From Tubiluchus corallicola (taxonomy: Eukaryota > Animalia > Priapulida), in the NCBI GenBank assembly GCA_030141605.1, contig JAQGDQ010000768.1, forward strand, positions 35,130 through 99,129: a stretch of 64,000 nt of DNA, read 5' to 3'. A model generated the notes under the pieces. The model worked only from the letters and a program-made list of their open reading frames with translations. It was not told the origin of the DNA and searched no databases. This document shows, in pieces, positions 53,556 through 64,000 of the stretch (positions are counted from its first letter, which is position 1; the number at the start of each line of letters is the position of its first letter). Position numbers and translations under genes: made by a program.

Positions 53556-54781
53556 GAGAAACACTCGCCAAGAAGCTAACTAAAATGCAAGCAAAGAATC
53601 ACAGACAAGAACATCTAAGAAAGGTAGTCTCTTGTTGCACTTGATTTCAAAATTGAAGACTTTAAAGTGGATACAGAGAATGAAGTCAGTTCATAAAATT
53701 TTTGCAGTTGAATTTGGCTGAAACTAAGCAAAAGACATCATCCATATTGGAACTAAAGATTAGCTAGCATCAGAGTTCGAAATAGATCCGTGTGTCGTGG
53801 GTCAATGGGTCACAGTTTTCTAGTGGTTCACGTGGATGTGGATCAAAAACGGTCCACATGACGCAGGGAAAAATAATAGTCCTAATTATCTAAAAAACCG
53901 TTAGTACTTTTATACGTAACTTTAAGTGAAACGTAGAGCAAAGTAAATCTGTCTTATAAAATTCAACTTAAAGTTTATGGCTGCAGTTGAAGTTTTATTT
54001 GTAGTAGTTTATAGAAGCTAAATCAGCAGATGTCTTCCATAGAACGTAATTAAGACCGGAACAGCATTGTTATGGCATGGGTCATTTTATGCCTAATGGG
54101 TCATGGGTCTTGGTCACGGGTACATGTGGATCAAGAGGGTGATGGGTCACACTTGGCGAGCCATTTCCAGGACTGGTTGGTGTATCTATCAGTACCTACA
54201 TGTTGATAAAATTTCAAATTCAGTGTGTTCCATAAACATATATTAGCAAGAACAGGTACCAAAAGTCAGTCCAAACATTTGTTCAACGTTGTCATTAAAA
54301 GAAGTAAATCATAATGCAAAATTGTCAGCTTGTTTAGTAAGAAATTTATTTAATGTACATAGTGTATAGACTTATTTAACATTTTTGTACTTTTATGCCC
54401 CACAAATAGAGGGCTTCTTGTATAATTTTCAATAAAGATTTTTAATAATTAATAATAATATACTACTCTACTTTCAAGTCCTGTATAAAGTATACATTTT
54501 AGTACAATTAATACTGCAAAAGCTTTTCTGATTGTTAAATAATAGATTAAAAATTTAAATAACGGCGGGCGAGCCCAACTATAGGTGACTTCACAAACTA
54601 ACATAATTTTCGAAGGCAAAAGCATTCCATGAGCGTGTTGCACGTGTTTGCGAAAGAGAAAATTGAGAACTGTTCTAATTTAACTAATTAGTTACCACAA
54701 AAGGCCTAATTAAAAATTCCAAATAACAATTTTCAATCATTTTGTTTCTCAGTAATAGACGAAGCAGTAATGCTCCTTTAA

Positions 54782-54944
54782 CCCTTAGCCGACCAAAGTG
54801 TTTTTATATTACGATACAAAGACCAAGCGGGGTAAGTGACTACTTGTTTGGGTTTTTTTTGCTGCATCATTGCATGCATCAATATAAAAGATATGAATAT
54901 ATTTTACTGGCGTAACTTTTTGCTCCATCTTGGTCGGCTGAGAG
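54782..54944. mobile_element. piggyBac-like MITE
   Basis: TTAA|cccttagccgaccaa ... ttggtcggctgagag|TTAA. Confidence 0.7.
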
Positions 54945-55135
54945 TTAAAACTTGACACAGCTGAGTACTCTCGCCATTGATCCTTTTGCAGAATCTTCAG
55001 TTTCCGACGGAATCGCAAGGTTATCGCCTGGGCGACATTTACTTCTTTGGGTAAACATTATTTCAGGCATATCAATAAGATTTTTTTTAATGTTGTTAAT
55101 GCTGTACTTTTCTAATTAGAAATGATAATACTTAC

Positions 55136-55211
55136 GTGTACTGACGCGTTTACATAGACAGGCGGCAAAAAGTATCAATTTTACGATCGCGTTTAGGCTT
55201 GGATGCTTCAT
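55136..55211 (-). CDS. First coding exon (signal peptide-like) of the orphan secreted protein
   Basis: Minus strand reads tttctgtttacag|atcATG...agtacac|gtaagt and encodes MKHPSLNAIVKLILFAACLCKRVST. Its phase-1 end matches the phase of the 52574-53010 exon. Intervening exons cannot be excluded. Confidence 0.6.
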
Positions 55212-56564
55212 GATCTGTAAACAGAAATGTTTAAGATTACCTGTAGTATATATTTAATAAGTACTTAACTGATTACTTGATACTTAACAGGTTAACCGAT
55301 TAAAACTCGTAATTGAATAGGCTAAAATTTCTAGGCTAAAGTTATAAACTTACAATAAAATTCTCCATAAGAATTTCATTTGACTTTGGTGGAAATTTAT
55401 AACATCATAATAATATTATACTAGTTATAATAATGTAACGTTATAACAATATAACAATAATATCAAATAACTGTTGTCGATTTTGCTATTTGCGTTGCTA
55501 ATTTAGGTATGTGATTTGTTAATTGTACTTGTGTTTATGAAACATTTTAGACTTTACTATAACTAAAGGCGGTAGGGAAAAAACTTAGTTTAATTTTTAT
55601 TTTAATCTTTGTTCTTTATTTCATCTGATTTTAAATTTCAAAACTGGAAAGCACTTACGTTGCTTCATCAAAAAAAAATGAGAGAGAGTGTTGTACGTTC
55701 CATTTTGTTCTCATTTTCCATAATTAGATTTTTTCACATAAAGATCCACAGGAGATAAAAACTCACATTATGTAACAAGTTTGGCACATTATGTAACACT
55801 TAGTTTGAATGTAAAAATATTCAATGATTTGGCTAATTTCGAATTAGTCATAAAATCATTAACTATATTATTGCAATCCAGCAGGCGTGCGAAATTTATT
55901 GGTGACAAGGGAACTACAGAATTTTAATGATAGGAATTAATATGTGTAATTTGAAATTATAGTTTTATATTCTTGAGAGTGAAAAAATTTCAACTTTCAG
56001 AAAACTTTAATGTGCTTTTATTTCTAATTAGACATTTATTAATTGTTTAGCAATTAATTGAGAATGTTTTAGTGAATAAACCGAAGTGTCCTGTTTCAAA
56101 TAAATGTTTTGTAATTATAATGTAATTTTACAGCAGATAGAGGCCTCATGACTATGTAGATGCCTTATTGGAAATGTCCCATATTCAGTACTAATATGTA
56201 AATGAAAGTTAAGAGGTAAGGCAATTCTATCTGCGTAAATTTACACATTGCTTAGAATATCAACATTATGCGTATTTATTATGCCTTTATGTCCATGATA
56301 TTTATGTTCAAATTTAAACTTAATCTCAATAGTTTTACACACCTTATTCTGAAATCTTCGTCAAGATAATTGCGCATATTACTAATAGCAACATTACTTA
56401 CAGGGTGGTTGACTTTGGTAACTTTTAGTTTTTCGCCACCCTTTCACCAATCACTTGAACATCATTAACTCAGATAATTTATTCATTTAATAATCTTGTC
56501 ACTTTGTATCATATTATCGTTTCATGCTCTGTGTTTTCCTTGTAAAAAAGGTGATAAATAAAGA

Positions 56565-56583
56565 TACTTACTTACTTACTTAC

Positions 56584-56663
<80 letters not shown>

Positions 56664-56665
56664 TT
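56565..56665. repeat. (TACT)n microsatellite
   Basis: Direct reading. Confidence 0.95.
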
Positions 56666-56969
56666 TATTGAGTTAGATTATTATTAAATAAACACTTTAT
56701 TAAATACAAAATGGAGCCAGCTTATAACAAATCGACATGTTATTTAATGAGTGCAATCTATTGTTTCTGTATTTACACCATTTTCAATGCCAAAAGAAAT
56801 AATTAGCACATCTATGACAGCAACACAACAAACCATTGGCATTAAAAATAGCATTGCTGCAACAACGATTGTCTTTACTCGTAAACAATACGTTCGAAAA
56901 AGTTTTATTGTTTTAATAACGCTTAGTGTTACAGTATCTGATAGTATGTGTTATAATACGCATACTATG

Positions 56970-57931
56970 CAGGGTTGCCCGTTTGTGTAATGCAAATTAT
57001 CGTAAAGGAGGCTAAAATTGATAGCATTTTCCGCCAAATTATCATATTTTCGCCCAAAATGCAAAATTTCTGCATATTTTCACCCTCAAAAATACTATAA
57101 ATAAACTTAATTTTGCACTTAATAATAACTAACTATCACACACAAAAGGGGAATTAACAAATGTAACATTAAGCTTATGAAAACAGAGTCAAATGTCGGT
57201 AATTTCTGCATGTGCAGAATAAAGTCTTATTTTCGTCATCATAAGCATTTTTGGCTAAAGTTTACAATTAACACACACACACACACACACACAGAAGAAA
57301 TTAGGTCGAGAACCGGATTAGGATTAAGGTTGACAGTGCGGGTTGGGGCAGAGGTTAGGGTTAGGACTAGGCTAGGGTATTTAAATTGTGTGAGGAATAG
57401 TAAATTCCTTCTGCTTTTTTTAAATTACATTTCAACACACTGTGACCACTCGTAATCGGTCAAACTGTGACCACTCGTAGTCGGTGGCGTAGCTCATTGG
57501 TAGCCGCTCGCTTCCAACCCGGGAAGTCCCGGTTCAAAGACTTAAAAATGGTACCGCCGGTTGTTCGACCAAACACGTGGGTTTGTCGAAGTAACATGCA
57601 GGTAATAATTATTGGGGCCATCTTGGAAATGAGTCTTAAGTTACTTAGGGTGTTATCCCTGGACTATGTCTGAAACGAAATTATTATTACTATTATTACC
57701 ACCAACTGCGATCAGCATTTTTCAGACTACAGTGAAATCAAAGTTAATTTACTCTCCGATGGTTAGCAGTGATGTGTTAAATGTTTTCAGTGCACAATTT
57801 TTTTCAAACTGCTATTTTTGTTTCGCATCTAAACTATCGTATAATTATCGACCATCGTATAATCTCTTTTTTGTACTACGATGCCTCAAAGTTCATATAT
57901 TCTAACGATTATCGTACAACCGGCAACCCTG
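56970..57931. mobile_element. hAT-like MITE with nested insertions
   Basis: TIR cagggttgcc/ggcaaccctg; TSD atactatg/ctactatg (7 of 8 match). Confidence 0.7.
57483..57698 (+). mobile_element. tRNA-derived SINE
   Basis: A-box-like tggcgtagctcattgg, B-box-like ggttcaaa, a body without a tRNA 3' acceptor arm, and a (TTA)n tail. Confidence 0.6.
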
Positions 57932-58613
57932 CTACTATGTAAGCAAATATGGTGGTATGTACATTATTTACAATGTATTCGTATCTAAAATATCGCATAA
58001 TTATTAATCGTATAATCTCTTTTTGTACTATACGATGCCTAAAACCATCGTATATTCTAACAATTATCGTATAAACGTTAACCCTGCTATTATATAAGTA
58101 AATAATATAGTATCTACGTTATTTACAAACAACAACTTTACCTATTTTCAGCGACCTCGCGTCACGTGCACGTGTGTTTAATCTACTAAACTTTGAGTTA
58201 CACTTGAACGCAGCGTAGTGAGTGGTCACGTTTCTATACTCTCCACGGGTCGCCATAACTGCACGTGTCGAGTTTAAATAACAAGAATTGACGAATTATT
58301 AACGAGTTCTGAATTTAAATTCCGGATAAAAGCTATGACTTCCACTAAACATTCAGAGCAATACTACCTTTAGGCAATCTCTTTATAAAATGGATTTCTT
58401 TATCATATCTCTTTACTTGGAACAGTTAAGTAGTTTAGTTAACAGTTGAGTTAACTTAACATGTTAACAAGTAACCGGAAAGAGCAATTTAGCTGGCACA
58501 TTTAAAAATGGGAACAAAAAATTTTATGATGATTATGATTAATTTTAACTTTAAAATACGTAATTTGCATAAATAGGCCTCTAGTTGGAGGCCTAGTTCT
58601 AACTTAGTTATAA

Positions 58614-58868
58614 ATACACACACGCGCACGCACGCACACGCACACACACACACACGCACGCATACACACACACACCCACACACACACGCGCGCGCGCACG
58701 CATACACACATACACACACGCGCACGCACGCACACGCACACACACACACACACGCACGCATACACACACACACACGCACGCACGCACACACACACACACG
58801 CACACTCACACGCGCGCACGCGCACGCATACACACATACACACACGCGCACGCACGCATACACACACT
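58614..58868. repeat. (CA)n/(CG)n alternating purine-pyrimidine tract
   Basis: Direct reading. Confidence 0.95.
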
Positions 58869-59199
58869 CATAAAATAACGAAAAGTATTGAGATGATTAT
58901 TGAAATAATTACAATTTTTTAAAAAGGTTTAAAACAGATTATTGCCCATAATTTTGTACGCAGCTGCAGCTTTGAAGACGTAATAATTATATGGTATTAG
59001 GAGACATTTTTGGAGCTCGATTGCACTTGACTACAGTAAAATTTACCCGAGTACATGACTTTTTGAAAAAAAGAATAATTGTTGACATTGGAAATTTGAT
59101 GTGAAGAAACTGGAAAATATATAAACATCATATTGCGTGCCAGTGTAAAACAATATTTAAGGTATGCAAGTGACAATGGACCCCGGGTAAAATGTTTAA

Positions 59200-59647
59200 C
59201 CCTTTCATACCCGTTGTATCCCGTGGGATACGAGAATATTTTCTGCTTTTAAAATAAATAAATTTGGCAGTTATTTGATGTGTTAACAGTTATTTTGATT
59301 TAAGCCGATAACAATAGATTAAAATGGTGATAAAATGGAAATTAAAAAAATCTACATAGCATAAAAAACTGCGCAAGGTACAGTACTTTAGAGACGACTT
59401 TGTACAGATCAGCATAGCGTGCATACTAAATGTCTTAAATACTTTATAAAAAATTATCAGCAGTTGCAAAATGAAGCACATTTTATGCTTCCATTGAATT
59501 CCAATGTATCCCGTGGGATACAGGCTATATTTACCACCCGGGCGCAGGTAGAAAAAATTATTATGTGTAAACAAGATGGACATACTGAACAAAAGTACCA
59601 AGCCAAAATTTTTTTCTTATTAAAAAAATAGTTCGGGGCCGAAAGGG
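59200..59647. mobile_element. piggyBac-like MITE
   Basis: TTAA|ccctttc ... gaaaggg|TTAA, with the internal motif gtatcccgtgggatac present twice. Confidence 0.75.
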
Positions 59648-60407
59648 TTAAATTAGATACCTGCAAACGTGTTTAAATATACGAACATCATAATGACTCA
59701 GCATTGTGCAAATATGTGGAAAAACAGGTTGTGTAATCATGATTTGTTTTCTTAGGATTTACCAAAATAGAACTATTAATCTTGAATTACAGGCTCATCC
59801 GACTGAAAGTAAGTTACGCTGGCATGAAAACTGAAATAACTGCCCTAAGCTTAATAACAGGCCAAGGAATGTTTAGAGAGTTAAACTTAAAATTTAAAGA
59901 GTTAAAAAAATACTTTTTATGATGAACTGTTTTAAATTTTTAATGCCTTTGAAATTTTATGTTTCTTGTGAATTTTAAAAGCGTTTTATTGTCCGGCGTA
60001 CTGAGATTTTAAATGACGACGTTGCGCGCTATAAAAATAAATTTCACATTACATAAGATTACTTTTGAAATTATGTGAAGAGCCCGTTGGGTAAATGTGG
60101 AACTGAAGTACGTACGTACGGAAGTTGACTGTTTGATTCACAAACATTTTAATAATATGCTTCCTATTACTTTAAGAAATTTATTTACACTAAACAAAAC
60201 GCTTCATATCTATAATACTAGGCAGTTCAATGACTATCGTATAATATAATAATATTTATTGACGATTTACAACCCAAACGATTACAGTTACAAGTTACAA
60301 AATATTGCATAAACAATGCAATACACTAAAATGAAGAAAAAACTACACAGACAAAATCCCTCACGTGGGGTATAATCGTCAACACAATATACAATAAAAC
60401 ACAGTAA

Positions 60408-60622
<215 letters not shown>

Positions 60623-60944
60623 CGTATTCATTTGTAGAAATCATTCGTATCTTCCGCCAAACGAAACTTGTTGCGAGCGTATTTGAAAAAAATGACGTAA
60701 GCTGGTGGACAGGCGTAACAAAAGTTCTGTAGTTTACTCGGAAATTCCATTATTTTAACTGACTGAATTTTTGTGTTTAACTGTGAGTAAGTAAGCAGTT
60801 TATCATCATCATATTATAATACATAATGAAATCTGCGACAAAAGAAAATGTGAATTCAATCAATTTTCGCCTGAGTACTAATAAATTATAATACAGAGAA
60901 TTTACCGAAATTTACAGTTGATAGTGCGAACTGCAACAGGACAG

Positions 60945-61777
<833 letters not shown>

Positions 61778-62808
61778 AGGACAGAACGAATTTAAAGTCC
61801 TTGCGGTTGCATTTGCGTTAAAACTGTGTAGCTAGATTGTAAATTCTTTTGTTCTTATAGACAATCTTACTGCAAAGCATAGCTAGACTGCAGTGTTTCT
61901 TACTAATGTAACAATCTCCTAATTTAATTTTCGCTTATTATGTTACCATATTTTTACCACCCCACATAACAGTGGCACTAGCCACTAATTTATCCTAGGT
62001 TCAGTATCTGCAGTGACGTCACTGTGCGGACTATGAAAGTGTTTTTACTGCTACAAATTAGCAAAATGGTAAAATTATATTTTACACAGAAGCCTGATCA
62101 CAGTGAAGTAATACTCTCAGAACCTTCTGCTAACAAAAGATCTCACTTAACACAAGATTATCTTAGCCCATATTTTTCACGTCTTTAGACACCAACTCGA
62201 CGGTTCAGTGAAAAAAATTGTTCGAAATTCGGCTTGAAAACTAAACTAGCTTTCACCTCCGCCGTGGAGGTTTAGATGTTTTTATTTGTTTGTTTATTTA
62301 CTTGTTTGTTAACAAGATTACACGAAAACAACTTTCAAGTGACATTCTTGGAAACATTTAAGAAACCCAATTCCGGAAATCGTATCACAAATTTACAAAT
62401 TCAGAAGAAATGCGTATTACTGCTAGGCAAAAATCGCCGACTGCTAGCGGTGATTTTACTTTTGCACATGCTTGACAGGTCATAAATCTGTTACGCGGTT
62501 ACCCTCAGGCTTACCGTCATGGTATCAATTCTACGTAATATTGCCGGTCGTCATCATCATCATATGACTATTACGTCTATTGTAGACATCGGAGAATTCT
62601 GTAATAAAAGAATTCTGCCCTCAAGACAAGTAAACACAGCAGTAATTCAGCAAAAAACTAGACACTACTATGCCAATGGCTTGTCAGCACTACTTCCGTT
62701 TAATATTGCACGTGCTTTCGTTGGCATACAGCCCAAAATGCAGCAATTCAACAATAGGTGCAAAAGATTGAGTAACATAAAAAGACCGAGTCCCAGAAAT
62801 GGGCTGTC

Positions 62809-64000
62809 AAATCCAAAATTTAAGAGAACATTTGTTGTGTTAAGTGAGATCTTTTGTTAGCAGAAGGTTCTGAGAGTATTACTTCACTGTAATCAGGCTT
62901 CTGTGTCAGATATAATTTTACCATTTTGCTAATTTGTAGCAGTAAAAACACTTTCATAAATCCACAATTTAAGAGAACATTTGTCGTGTTAAGTGAGATC
63001 TTTTGTTAGCAGAAGGTTCTGAGAGTATCACTTCGCTGTAATCAGGCTTCTGTGTCAGATATAATTTTACCATTTTGCTAATTTGTAGCAGTAAAAACAC
63101 TTTCATAAATCCAAAATTTAAGAGAACATTTGTTGTGTTAAGTGAGATCTTTTGTTAGCAGAAGGTTCTGAGAGTATCACTTCGCTGTAATCAGGCTTCT
63201 GTGTCAGATATAATTTTACCATTTTGCTAATTTGTAGCAGTAAAAACACTTTCATAAATCCAAAATTTAAGAGAACATTTGTTGTGTTAAGTGAGATCTT
63301 TTGTTAGCAGAAGGTTCTGAGAGTATCACTTCGCTGTAATCAGGCTTCTGTGTCAGATATAATTTTACCATTTTGCTAATTTGTAGCAGTAAAAACACTT
63401 TCATAAATCCAAAATTTAAGAGAACATTTGTTGTGTTAAGTGAGATCTTTTGTTAGCAGAAGGTTCTGAGAGTATCACTTCGCTGTAATCAGGCTTCTGT
63501 GTCAGATATAATTTTACCATTTTGCTAATTTGTAGCAGTAAAAACACTTTCATAAATCCACAATTTAAGAGAACATTTGTCGTGTTAAGTGAGATCTTTT
63601 GTTAGCAGAAGGTTCTGAGAGTATCACTTCGCTGTAATCAGGCTTCTGTGTCAGATATAATTTTACCATTTTGCTAATTTGTAGCAGTAAAAACACTTTC
63701 ATAAATCCACAATTTAAGAGAACATTTGTCGTGTTAAGTGAGATCTTTTGTTAGCAGAAGGTTCTGAGAGTATCACTTCGCTGTAATCAGGCTTCTGTGT
63801 CAGATATAATTTTACCATTTTGCTAATTTGTAGCAGTAAAAACACTTTCATAAATCCACAATTTAAGAGAACATTTGTCGTGTTAAGTGAGATCTTTTGT
63901 TAGCAGAAGGTTCTGAGAGTATCACTTCGCTGTAATCAGGCTTCTGTGTCAGATATAATTTTACCATTTTGCTAATTTGTAGCAGTAAAAACACTTTCAT
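62809..64000. repeat. 149-bp satellite, at least 8 copies (runs off window end)
   Basis: aagagaacatttg recurs at 62822, 62971, 63120 and onward; units are nearly identical. Confidence 0.96.

Noticed and set aside
53771-54175. Region with repeated tgggtca motifs and degenerate inverted ends
   Set aside because: Probably an old MITE, but the termini and TSD are too decayed to call.
54967-55026. Possible middle exon of the secreted gene (DNLAIPSETEDSAKGS, minus strand)
   Set aside because: Poor pyrimidine tract and donor, and its phase does not match the terminal exon; the direct splice already fits.
57300-57380. TTAGGG-like motifs suggesting an interstitial telomere
   Set aside because: Few, degenerate units lying inside a transposon-like element.
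57483-57545. Possible tRNA gene
   Set aside because: A and B boxes are present but there is no complete cloverleaf; it continues into a SINE-like body and tail.

Overview
AT-rich, intron-rich animal (invertebrate-like) genomic DNA. About 83% of the window is one giant near-perfect inverted repeat: left arm 1-25364 (runs off the window start), unique spacer 25365-28036, right arm 28037-53386. Each arm carries the first seven coding exons (about 218 codons) of a V-type ATPase subunit C gene (ATP6V1C) pointing toward the centre. I could not find the remaining exons, so both copies look 3'-truncated. Each arm also carries the terminal exon of an orphan gene. Its signal-peptide exon lies at 55136-55211 (-), giving a predicted secreted protein of about 170 aa. 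The arm/spacer junction looks like a microhomology-primed fold-back inside a Helitron-type microsatellite. The palindrome could be a real fold-back duplication or a chimeric-read/assembly artefact, and sequence alone cannot decide. Introns are packed with MITEs (hAT, Tigger/pogo-like, piggyBac-like), LINE/SINE remnants and many unrelated minisatellites. One of these is an 8x54-bp array that copies the splice acceptor of V-ATPase C exon 4 in frame. Most long ORFs in the supplied track are repeat artefacts.
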